Program-made: the position numbers and the translations under genes
DNA from: Ruminococcus albus 7 = DSM 20455
Lineage (GTDB): Bacteria > Bacillota > Clostridia > Oscillospirales > Ruminococcaceae
Direction: 5' to 3'
DNA: 32,000 bases
Assembly (NCBI RefSeq): GCF_000179635.2
Contig: NC_014833.1
Location: forward strand, 2,220,001-2,252,000
Notes under the pieces: model-generated
Seen by the model: only the letters and a program-made list of their open reading frames with translations
Database searches by the model: none
Told to the model about the DNA's origin: nothing
Shown here: positions 9,830 through 17,964 of the stretch, one piece after another
Position numbering within the stretch: the stretch's first letter is position 1
Layout of the letters: every line of letters begins with the position of its first letter

Positions 9830-11039
9830 TTATATCAGCCTTTCGGTCATTGATCTTAGTTATTACAGCATTCGCACTGCCATCGGAAAACCTCACTAGG
9901 ACATCCATGCCCTCCTTTAGTTCACTTACAGAAGTCACGGCTGTGTCATCGTTTTCTACAAGCGCATATCCTCTTCCAAGAACATTGAAAGGACTGAGAA
10001 CCTGCAGCTGCGATGCAGCCCTGTCAAGCCTTAGTTCACTTAGCCTGAGTTTGTTTTCAAAAAGCATCCTGAGTTTAGTTTCAGCTTCTTTTAGTCGTTT
10101 TTCTGATTCAATAAGGCGACGTTTAGGTGATGATGCTTTCAGCCTGGTATCAAGCTTTTCTACATCGATCATTTTTTCACGCAGGTATAAGCCAAACGCC
10201 GTGTCCAGCCTTGCTTTCATTACATTAACAGATGAATAGAGATCCGTAATATCGGGCGTAGCAAGTTCAGCAGCTGCTGACGGAGTCGGTGCACGCATAT
10301 CAGCGGCATAGTCTGTAAGCGTTGTATCAGTTTCGTGGCCAACAGCAGATATTACCGGTGTAGCACATTCAGCCACAGCCATGACAACGCATTCGGAATT
10401 GAAAGCATTAAGGTCTTCTGAAGAACCTCCGCCCCTTGATAAAATGATCGTATCAGCACCACTTATGTCAGCAGCTCTCAAAGCAGCTGCTACAGAAGCA
10501 GGCGCAGTATCACCCTGTACTGTAGCCGGATATATCTCTACTGTACATAAAGGATATCTTCGCCCGACGATATTAAGTATGTCCTGCAAAGCAGCACCGC
10601 CAGATGAAGTTACAACAGCAAGCTTTTTCGGTACAAGCGGTATCTGCTTCTTTTTTTCTTGATCAAATATGCCAAGTTTTTTCAATTTCTCTTTGAGGAG
10701 CTCTGTCTGTGCGTAAACTATACCGGTATTACCGAGCATAGCTATCTCTGTAGCGATTATCTGACAGCTGCCCTCTCGTTCATAGACCTCGACATCGCCC
10801 ATAACAAGGACGCTCATACCATTTTCAGGCAATGCTTTCAGCTTTTTTACACGTCCTGCGAACATGATGCATTTTATCGAACTTGATTCGTCCTTTATTG
10901 TAAAAAATGCATGACCGGTCTTGAAATGTATATTGAAATCAGATATTTCTCCTTTTACAGCAGCGCCTTTAAATTTAAGTTCCTGCTTTATCTTGAAAGC
11001 CAGCATTCTGTTCAACTGACTTACTGTAAGTACGCTCAT
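9819..11039 (-). CDS. xseA: Exodeoxyribonuclease VII large subunit
   Basis: 406 aa with an N-terminal OB fold (VSQLNRMLAFKIK...GEISDF), a catalytic core (GRGGGSxEDL-like SRGGGSSEDL) and a C-terminal coiled coil. Confidence 0.9.
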   Translation of the reverse strand: MSVLTVSQLNRMLAFKIKQELKFKGAAVKGEISDFNIHFKTGHAFFTIKDESSSIKCIMFAGRVKKLKALPENGMSVLVMGDVEVYEREGSCQIIATEIAMLGNTGIVYAQTELLKEKLKKLGIFDQEKKKQIPLVPKKLAVVTSSGGAALQDILNIVGRRYPLCTVEIYPATVQGDTAPASVAAALRAADISGADTIILSRGGGSSEDLNAFNSECVVMAVAECATPVISAVGHETDTTLTDYAADMRAPTPSAAAELATPDITDLYSSVNVMKARLDTAFGLYLREKMIDVEKLDTRLKASSPKRRLIESEKRLKEAETKLRMLFENKLRLSELRLDRAASQLQVLSPFNVLGRGYALVENDDTAVTSVSELKEGMDVLVRFSDGSANAVITKINDRKADINDI

Positions 11040-11977
11040 TAAGCCTTTCCTTTCAATGCTGCATAAAGTGCAATTCCAACTGCATTATCCCCTGAAAACT
11101 CAGGAGCGGCAAAATATGCGTCAAATCTGTTGGAAAGCTGATCGGCAATAAGCTTATCCGCCATGACACCTCCTGCATATATAACAGGCATATTTCCATA
11201 TTTTTCAAGACCTGCCTTGGTCATCATTGAAATTGTCTCACAGATATAATCCAGACAGAACTTAGACGTATCCTCAGGTGACTCCCCTTTTTCAAGCATA
11301 GCTTTACATTTATTTTCAATGCCTGAAAGAGAACAGTCCATCCCGTTAACAGAAGGTTTGATCCTGAAATCCCTGCTGCTTTTACGAGCAAGTGCCTCTA
11401 ACTTCTCACCGCATGGAAAATCAAGCCCAAGCCTGACACCAAGCCTGTCGATGCACTGACCTGCTTTAAGGTCAGTAGAATGTCCTGCTACTGTCAAAGA
11501 AATGACCTTTTCTTTGTCCCTTTTGCACAGCAGCATATCAGTTGTACCGCCGCTGACATGGAACGCAAGAAAAGGCTCGTCATTTTCAAGAAGTCCGAGT
11601 TTGCCGCAGGAATAAAGAGCTGCGAGCACATGCCCCTTCTGGTGAGAGGTTCTTGAGGGTTCTATACCCAGAGATGCTGATACAGCTCTGCAAACATTTT
11701 CTCCAACCAGAAAGCATGGCATATAAGACCCTTCAACTTCTCGTGGAGCATAGGAATAAGCACAGCCAGATAGTTTTGGCACACCGTCAAACAATTCCTC
11801 CATAAGCTCAGGAAGCTGTTTTGTATGATGAAACACAGCATCAGATTGTCTTAAACCGCGTTCACCTTTTTTTACAGGCAGCAGCTTTCTGCAGGACTTC
11901 ACAATGCCTGTACAGCTGTCATACAACGCACAACTCGTTCTGTAATTACTGGTGTCTATACCTAAGTATATGCCCAT
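11039..11977 (-). CDS. Peptidase M22 / TsaD-Kae1-like family protein
   Basis: N-terminal ASKHA-fold start (LGIDTSNYRTSCAL) and an HxxxH-like metal motif (SHQKGHV). It is shorter than and divergent from canonical TsaD. Confidence 0.5.
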   Translation of the reverse strand: MGIYLGIDTSNYRTSCALYDSCTGIVKSCRKLLPVKKGERGLRQSDAVFHHTKQLPELMEELFDGVPKLSGCAYSYAPREVEGSYMPCFLVGENVCRAVSASLGIEPSRTSHQKGHVLAALYSCGKLGLLENDEPFLAFHVSGGTTDMLLCKRDKEKVISLTVAGHSTDLKAGQCIDRLGVRLGLDFPCGEKLEALARKSSRDFRIKPSVNGMDCSLSGIENKCKAMLEKGESPEDTSKFCLDYICETISMMTKAGLEKYGNMPVIYAGGVMADKLIADQLSNRFDAYFAAPEFSGDNAVGIALYAALKGKA

Positions 11978-12390
11978 TAATCCTCGTCCTTTTTGATATC
12001 CTTAGCAAATGAACCAAGAAGACCATTAACAAAAGCGATATCAGGTTCAAGCGCATATTTTTCAGTAAGACTTACAGCTTCACTTATGGCAACATTAACA
12101 GGAACCTTATCATCATAAAGTGCCTCATAAATAGCCAATCTGAGTACAGACAGATCAACTTTCGGAATACGGCTTACAGCACGCTTGTCAGAATATTTGG
12201 ATATGATAGAATCAAGCTCATCCTGCTTTTCAAATATACCACGAACAAGAGCCTTGACCTCATCATCTACCGAAATGAATTCGCCCAGTTCCTGAGCGCT
12301 ATTAAATATATTTTCCAGTTCATCATCCATAAACAGCTTTTCAAAAGACAGCAGAAACGCAGCCTGCCTTACTTCTCGTCTACCTGCCAC
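11977..12390 (-). CDS. nusB: Transcription antitermination factor NusB
   Basis: 137 aa with typical NusB sequence (RREVRQAAFLLSF, LRLAIYEALY, INEAV-like ISEAVSL) and conserved context. Confidence 0.9.
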   Translation of the reverse strand: MAGRREVRQAAFLLSFEKLFMDDELENIFNSAQELGEFISVDDEVKALVRGIFEKQDELDSIISKYSDKRAVSRIPKVDLSVLRLAIYEALYDDKVPVNVAISEAVSLTEKYALEPDIAFVNGLLGSFAKDIKKDED

Positions 12391-12438
12391 AAAAACACTC
12401 CTAACAAAAAATAATTTGATACACCGATGTTATCAGTG

Positions 12439-12792
12439 TCAGTCTTCATTAAAATGTACACCGCAAACAGTTACATTTACCTTGGCAACAGTTAATCCAA
12501 GCATAGTTTGCACGGCACTCTTGACCTGATCCTGGATCATCTCGGATGCTGAAATAGCATTAGTGCCGTTATTAAGTATGACACCTATCGAAACGGAAAG
12601 AACGTCATCAACAAGACCAATCCTAATATTTCCGACGCTTTCCTGTCTGAGCCATATTTGTCTTGGAGTCTTCATAACAGGTGCAACGCCGTAAACACCC
12701 TCAACTTCAGTTATGGAATTTGTTATTATCTGTGCTATAACATCCTGATTAATATGAAGACTTTTTTCGACCTTATTGGTGTTTTCTGACAT
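12439..12792 (-). CDS. Asp23/Gls24 family envelope-stress protein
   Basis: 117 aa with a typical Asp23 fold sequence (VIAQIITNSITEVEGVYGV). It sits upstream of nusB, like yqhY in Bacillus. Confidence 0.85.
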   Translation of the reverse strand: MSENTNKVEKSLHINQDVIAQIITNSITEVEGVYGVAPVMKTPRQIWLRQESVGNIRIGLVDDVLSVSIGVILNNGTNAISASEMIQDQVKSAVQTMLGLTVAKVNVTVCGVHFNED

Positions 12793-12946
12793 AATGATAC
12801 CTCCCGTAAATGGATAAGCGGGACATTTGCCCCGATATTTGTATACTTGAATATATTATAACATATTATTCTTCAAAAGTAAAGACGCAGAGCAATAAAA
12901 GTGTATATTTTTTCTTTTAGTGAACTTAAATTTGTATTTAAATCAC

Positions 12947-13020
12947 TGTCACCGCTCCTCCAAAATGTCATCCAAAAGTGAACGTATCCTGTCAAGGACA
13001 GATACCGTATTTTGTCCATG
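12947..13020 (+). repeat. Left terminal inverted repeat with 4 TGTCA/TGTCC subterminal repeats
   Basis: The motifs start at 12947, 12966, 12990 and 13013, at offsets 0, 19, 43 and 66 from the tip. The first three offsets are identical to those at the right end. Confidence 0.65.
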
Positions 13021-13051
13021 AAAAAGCATCGAAAAAAAACAAACTGACTGA

Positions 13052-13090
13052 TCAGGCATTTGTATAACGCAAATGCCTGATTTTTCCTTT
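13052..13090. terminator. Bidirectional hairpin terminator just inside the left end
   Basis: A 12-bp perfect stem (aTCAGGCATTTG / CAAATGCCTGAt, 13051-13062 with 13070-13081) has an A-run upstream and TTTTTCCTTTTT downstream. Confidence 0.7.
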
Positions 13091-13179
13091 TTCGTCTCGC
13101 ACTTTGCCCAACTTCGAACTTGTTTTTTGCCATTATGCTCAAATTTTATGTTATAAATTCAAATTATATTAATACAAAC

Positions 13180-13208
13180 TTGACATAATGGTTAAATGAT
13201 GATAAAAT
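13180..13208 (+). promoter_or_regulatory. Sigma-A-type promoter of the island operon
   Basis: TTGACA (13180-13185), a 17-nt spacer, then TAAAAT (13203-13208) preceded by a TG (extended -10). It lies about 200 nt upstream of the first island gene. Confidence 0.6.
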
Positions 13209-13257
13209 AAATACATGAACTGGATGTTAAATATCCAAAAAGGAGTTGAAAAAATCC

Positions 13258-13338
13258 ATGCGGAATCATTATTATCAGATAGATAGAGAGATCGACAGAC
13301 ATGGCATAACTGCGCCCCTTTTCAATTTAATACTATAG
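13258..13338 (+). CDS. Possible 26-codon leader peptide (MRNHYYQIDREIDRHGITAPLFNLIL)
   Basis: ATG at 13258 with AGGAG 12 nt upstream. The stop at 13336-13338 lies 8 nt before the leader hairpin. This call is speculative. Confidence 0.25.
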   Translation: MRNHYYQIDREIDRHGITAPLFNLIL

Positions 13339-13345
13339 TGATAGA

Positions 13346-13391
13346 AGCGTACTCTTGGGGATAAGTGTTTTCCAAAAGGGTGCGCTTTTTA
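13346..13391 (+). promoter_or_regulatory. Terminator-like leader hairpin (possible attenuator) immediately upstream of the first island RBS
   Basis: An 11-bp stem pairs 13346-13356 with 13376-13386 (2 G-U pairs) and is followed by TTTT. The AGGAGG RBS is at 13394-13399 and the ATG at 13409. Confidence 0.4.
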
Positions 13392-13408
13392 ATAGGAGGT
13401 AGATCATT

Positions 13409-13960
13409 ATGAATCAAAAACAAGGCATAACACTTACAAAAAAACAGCTGGTAATAGTAGCAGCGATAATCGTACTGCTGATAGCTGGAGGGATCGTGTT
13501 GGGGATAAATCTGAGCAGGAAAAACTCGGATAGAATTGGTGATACAAAACCCACACAGCAGGATACAACTTCAAAAGCTAATATTATCGAGCTTGACGAA
13601 AATGCAGGCGAATACACAGGCGAAAAACCAAAGGACAACGGAGGTGCTGCCGAAGGTATCAAGATACCCGGATATCCATCCATAACCATAGCCAAGGACA
13701 CTCAGGACGTCACAATGGCGCTGTTGAACCCAGAGGGCAACCCTTGCTATTTCAAGTTCGTTATAGCACTGAAAGATACCGATGAGATTATCTTTGAATC
13801 GAAATACGTTAAGCCCGGTGACTGCATCTACGATGTACACCTTACAAAATCCCTTGAGGAGGGCGAATATCCCGCAGTTATAAAAATATCAACAATATCC
13901 CTCGACGGTGAAACGCCATTGAACGGTGCGAACGTTGAGACGGTACTGATAGCTAAGTAA
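13409..13960 (+). CDS. Island gene 1: N-terminally membrane-anchored protein with an extracytoplasmic beta-rich domain (unknown function)
   Basis: 183 aa with RBS AGGAGG. It has a single N-terminal TM helix (LVIVAAIIVLLIAGGIVLGI), then a polar linker and a ~100-aa domain (IKIPGYPSITI...NPCYFKFVIAL). Confidence 0.7.
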   Translation: MNQKQGITLTKKQLVIVAAIIVLLIAGGIVLGINLSRKNSDRIGDTKPTQQDTTSKANIIELDENAGEYTGEKPKDNGGAAEGIKIPGYPSITIAKDTQDVTMALLNPEGNPCYFKFVIALKDTDEIIFESKYVKPGDCIYDVHLTKSLEEGEYPAVIKISTISLDGETPLNGANVETVLIAK

Positions 13961-13973
13961 AGGAGTTGATAGA

Positions 13974-16535
13974 ATGAAGATCAAGAAATTAGTCGCCGTA
14001 TTCAGTGCGGCGGCTGTGATGACGACCTCGGCAGGAGGATTGCCGCTTGGCAATTTTAAGTTGTTAGATAATGTAGTCACGGCGAGTGCAGGTCCACCCG
14101 ACACTACGGGCGGCAACGGTATAAATCCCGGTACAATTATCATTCATGCTCCCGACCTTTATATAGCAGGAAACGGAAGCACTGAAAGAGGTTCATGGGT
14201 CAATGGTGAAAACTGGAATGCAGGTGCTGATTCAAATAAGATGAGCTATGATAATGATAGCGGGATATACTCTATAAGCTATGAAAATGTTCCTGCCGGT
14301 GAGGGTTACGAGTTCAAATTCACACAAGACGGATCGTGGGAGGTTTCTTACGGATATAGTACCACTACTGATATAGCTTTGAATGAATGGCATCAAATAG
14401 GCACATCAGCAGGAGAAGATTCTAATATCAGTTTCAATCTTGAAGAGGATTCTGACCTGACGATAAAATATGACCTTAATACAACAAAATTCAGAGTGTT
14501 TGCAACAGCCGTTCATGTACACTCATGGAACTACACTGCAGACGGCAATACCATAACTGCAAGCTGCACGAATGGCTGTGACATCACTGAAGGTCTTACA
14601 ATGACCATAAGCGCACCGACTTCGCTTGAATATGACGGCAACCCAAAGGAAGCCACCCTCAGTACAAACTATAATACCACAGCATTTCCAGATACATATA
14701 CTATTGAGTATTACAGTGGAACGACAAAGCTAAGCGGTGCACCGACCAACAAAGGCAGCTACACTGCAAAAGTGACAGCAGGTAATGCAACAGCGAGCGT
14801 TGAGTTCACTATCACAAAGACCGTACCTTATATAAGTTACACTTATAACGATAACGGTATTACAGCAAGCTCCGAACAGCAGTGTCAGACATACACCTCG
14901 GTCACTTCAAGCACGACCACTTGGAATAACGGCTGGTATGTTGTTGACAGCAATGTGACTATCTCCGGTAGAGTGACCGCAAACGGCAATAATGTCAACC
15001 TAATACTTTGCAATGGCTGTACGCTGAATGTTACAAAAGGTATAAGAGTAGAAAGCGGCAAAAAGCTCACAATTTATGCACAAAGTGAAAAAACGAATAC
15101 TATGGGTGTTCTTAAAGCAAAAGACGTTGTTGACACGAGCGAGAATGCAGGAATAGGTGGAAACAATGGAAAAGCCGCAGGAACAATTATCATTAACGGA
15201 GGTAAGATTTATACACGCGGTTCAAAAAACACCTCTAATAACGGCGCAGGTGCAGGCATAGGCGGAGGACATAATGGCGCAGGCGGCACTGTCTATATAA
15301 ATGGCGGTTATGTTTCTATACCACAAGTTAAAGCTGTTGCAGGTATAGGCGGAGGTTCACAGGCATCAGGAGGTAAGATAGTTATAAACGGCGGTACCGT
15401 AAGCGCAGGAAGTTATGCAGGCGCTGCTATCGGCTGCGGCTGGAACAGCAGTGGTGCAACTGTTTATATAAACGGTGGTACAGTTACCGGAAACACCTAT
15501 ACCTCAGGATGGGGAATAGGCGGCAAAAACTCTTCTGTAAGAATTACCGGAGGAACAATTTCAGCCAGCGCCACGGACACAGGTTATGCACTTGGAGGAA
15601 CAGGTGCAAAGGTAACAATCACTGGCGGAATTGTAACAGCATACAGCAAGAGCAAAAATGCTATTGAACAAACAATAACTTTCGGTAATAATATGGTTGC
15701 AGTATCAGGTAAGGAAAATGATTTCAGCAAGTCTCTGCCGTGCTTCGACTACCCCTCAAAGAAAGGTAAATACGTCAAAGTGTGGGAACATACACATTCT
15801 CTTTCATATGAATGTGTCGAAAACCACTTTGCTGTAAAGTGTGCAAATGATAACTGTAATCTGATAAACGGTGAACTTGGACTTACTCTATATGCAGATG
15901 ATAAGATATATGACGGAACGGCATATGATCTTCAGCATTCGGATTGTGACAGCTTTGCACACACCTTTGCCGATGAGTTCAAGCTGTTGACAGGAAACAC
16001 CGTGTCTATAGGGAAAATCGAGCTGTACAAAGATGACAGTAAGATATCTGCGGCAATAAATGCAGGGTCATATACAGCCAAGCAGAATATAACAGTAGGA
16101 AGTACTACTTATACTGTTGTCAAGGACTTCAATATCATAAGTACTGACCCCGCCTACACCGTAACTATCCCCGCAACCGTTGACCTCGGCGGTGCACCTG
16201 CTACGGTCAGCATAGACAGCATGGAAAATATACCAACCGGAAAATCTGTGCGTGTTACGATAGAGGGCGATACAGATGGCAATTTCACAGTGGAACAAGC
16301 CGATGATAAGCTCAGCTATACTATCACAGGCACAAGACCGAGTCACCTTAATGCCGAGCCGGATGATACCACACAGCTGGATGTAAAGGACAGCGACGAG
16401 ATACTCCACGTTGACGGTGCGGACGATACAGGCAATCCGCGCTATATCGAACTAAAATTCAACGAACCCGAACAGGAGCCCAAATACGCGGGCGATTACA
16501 CAGGTACAGTTACGTTTAACGTATCACTATCATGA
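13974..16535 (+). CDS. Island gene 2: large secreted multidomain adhesin-like protein
   Basis: 853 aa with RBS AAGGAG and a signal peptide. Residues ~55-178 form a starch/glycan-binding-type beta-sandwich signature (GSWVNGENWN...GYEFKFTQDGSWEVSYGY...ISFNLEEDSDLTIKYD). There are two MBG-like Ig modules (HxHSW/L..., ...YDGNPKEA / ...YDGTAYDL...GSYTAK). Residues 391-556 hold six Gly-rich beta-helix-type repeats (AGIGG...G(T/K)(I/V)xINGGxV). Residues 722-853 form the shared family module (DPAYTVTIPATV...YAGDYTGTVTFNV). Confidence 0.85.
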   Translation: MKIKKLVAVFSAAAVMTTSAGGLPLGNFKLLDNVVTASAGPPDTTGGNGINPGTIIIHAPDLYIAGNGSTERGSWVNGENWNAGADSNKMSYDNDSGIYSISYENVPAGEGYEFKFTQDGSWEVSYGYSTTTDIALNEWHQIGTSAGEDSNISFNLEEDSDLTIKYDLNTTKFRVFATAVHVHSWNYTADGNTITASCTNGCDITEGLTMTISAPTSLEYDGNPKEATLSTNYNTTAFPDTYTIEYYSGTTKLSGAPTNKGSYTAKVTAGNATASVEFTITKTVPYISYTYNDNGITASSEQQCQTYTSVTSSTTTWNNGWYVVDSNVTISGRVTANGNNVNLILCNGCTLNVTKGIRVESGKKLTIYAQSEKTNTMGVLKAKDVVDTSENAGIGGNNGKAAGTIIINGGKIYTRGSKNTSNNGAGAGIGGGHNGAGGTVYINGGYVSIPQVKAVAGIGGGSQASGGKIVINGGTVSAGSYAGAAIGCGWNSSGATVYINGGTVTGNTYTSGWGIGGKNSSVRITGGTISASATDTGYALGGTGAKVTITGGIVTAYSKSKNAIEQTITFGNNMVAVSGKENDFSKSLPCFDYPSKKGKYVKVWEHTHSLSYECVENHFAVKCANDNCNLINGELGLTLYADDKIYDGTAYDLQHSDCDSFAHTFADEFKLLTGNTVSIGKIELYKDDSKISAAINAGSYTAKQNITVGSTTYTVVKDFNIISTDPAYTVTIPATVDLGGAPATVSIDSMENIPTGKSVRVTIEGDTDGNFTVEQADDKLSYTITGTRPSHLNAEPDDTTQLDVKDSDEILHVDGADDTGNPRYIELKFNEPEQEPKYAGDYTGTVTFNVSLS

Positions 16536-16553
16536 TCTAGGAGGGAATGAACT

Positions 16554-17399
16554 ATGAAAAACAAAAAAAGATTTATCGCAGGCATGATAACACTCACAAT
16601 GGTATCTGCAATGGCACCTATAAACGCCTTTGCAACTGAGAACATCAAGACCCTCGATGCAAACACCTCTTCTAACAGCACCGATGTGAAGTACAGCGTT
16701 GACCCCAGCTATACTGTGGTCATTCCCGCAAGTGTCACACTTTCGGATACTGCCGCGACAAGCGCATCAATCTCGGTGGATGAAACTGCCAAGCCGTTCA
16801 AGCTGGCTAAGGGTCAGAAGCTTTCAGTAAAGATAGCAAACGAAGATACCAATAATTTCAAGGTTACTAACGCTGACGACTCCCTCGACTACACCGTAAC
16901 CGCAGGTTCGGAAACTCTTGCAAAGGGCAGCACAGCCGCGGAATTCTCCAATGATGACAAGACCGACAAGACCCTTACTTTCTCCAAGATGGACGCTTCA
17001 AAGGCAAAGTACGCAGGCGATTATAAGGGTACGCTGACGTTTGGTATCTCGGTAGAAGAAACAGCAACGACTATCGGCATAGGAACAGTATTCAAGATAG
17101 GCGAGACTGTTGATATGGGCGAGTACTATTATTGGAATGACAAATACCAAAATGAAGGTAGTTTGTTCTGGAATGCAAAAACTGCAACTGTTGAATATTT
17201 TGAGGCGGACGGCACGGACGGTTATATGCTTTATGTTAAATCCAATACTATGGAAAATCTATATGTCGAAACTACTAAAACAATCTATATTAATGTTGGT
17301 GATGGACATACAGTGAATGACGAACCGACAGGTCTTGTTATAGTAAGTGGTTCGGGAACACAGAATTCCCCATTCGTTTTAGGCGCATATTATGGCTAA
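16554..17399 (+). CDS. Island gene 3: secreted protein, shared module + unique C-terminal domain
   Basis: 281 aa with RBS GGAGGG and a signal peptide ending INAFA|TE. The shared module spans aa ~43-168 ([18 protein letters not shown]...YAGDYKGTLTFGISVE), followed by a 110-aa Tyr/Trp-rich domain. Confidence 0.85.
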   Translation: MKNKKRFIAGMITLTMVSAMAPINAFATENIKTLDANTSSNSTDVKYSVDPSYTVVIPASVTLSDTAATSASISVDETAKPFKLAKGQKLSVKIANEDTNNFKVTNADDSLDYTVTAGSETLAKGSTAAEFSNDDKTDKTLTFSKMDASKAKYAGDYKGTLTFGISVEETATTIGIGTVFKIGETVDMGEYYYWNDKYQNEGSLFWNAKTATVEYFEADGTDGYMLYVKSNTMENLYVETTKTIYINVGDGHTVNDEPTGLVIVSGSGTQNSPFVLGAYYG

Positions 17400-17412
17400 G
17401 GAGGAACTCAAC

Positions 17413-17964
17413 ATGAAAAAACTGATAAGCGGCATGACCGCATTTACAATTGCAAGTATGATGACAGTTACAGCTTTTGCAGAAGCAGCCATCAGTAATA
17501 CGACCATCACCCCTAAAGGCGGCGACCCTTTTGACGTGAACCCTACCCCCGAAACGGCGGGCGCGACGGTCGAATTTAACGTTGACCCGACCTACACCGT
17601 GACAATACCCGCAAGCTTCGAGCTTACAGGCGAATACGGACAACAGTATTCGGGCAGCGGCACCATTCAGACCGGCAAGGTATTCCTGAATGAGGGCGAA
17701 AAGATAGTTGTCACCCTGACAAGCGCAAGCAAGTTCAATATGTCCCACGAGGGTGCAGGCGAGTATAAGCTCCCCTACACCGCCGAGGGAAGTTTTGGCA
17801 AGCTGACAAACAAGGAAACAGGCGGCAAGGTAGCCGAATTTCCCACCTCGACCGAACCCGCAAGTGCCGGTATCTCTTTCACCACCGATGAGACACCCAC
17901 ATTCGCAGGCAAGTACACCGACCCCGTAGTATTCGGAATTTCTATTGAAAAGGAGCCATCATAA
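17413..17964 (+). CDS. Island gene 4: secreted protein consisting of the shared module
   Basis: I place the start at ATG 17413 (MKKLISG), 8 nt after AAGGAGG, rather than the track start at 17392, which overlaps gene 3. The signal peptide ends VTAFA|EA. The module reads [15 protein letters not shown]...[16 protein letters not shown]. Confidence 0.85.
   Translation: MKKLISGMTAFTIASMMTVTAFAEAAISNTTITPKGGDPFDVNPTPETAGATVEFNVDPTYTVTIPASFELTGEYGQQYSGSGTIQTGKVFLNEGEKIVVTLTSASKFNMSHEGAGEYKLPYTAEGSFGKLTNKETGGKVAEFPTSTEPASAGISFTTDETPTFAGKYTDPVVFGISIEKEPS

Noticed and set aside
12942-12946. Target-site duplication for the large island (ATCAC at the left flank versus GCCAC at 23804-23808)
   Set aside because: Only 3/5 positions match and no alternative register gives a perfect repeat. 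I do not claim a duplication, and the exact tips remain uncertain by a few nucleotides.
12873-13142. 89-aa minus-strand ORF spanning the left end of the island
   Set aside because: It runs straight through the inverted-repeat array and the bidirectional terminator. It has no RBS and an implausible basic, low-complexity sequence.
17338-17748. 136-aa minus-strand ORF rich in Cys/His/Arg/Gly
   Set aside because: It is antisense to gene 4. The Cys/Gly/Arg-rich composition is a reverse-frame artefact of a GC-rich gene. It has no RBS or context.
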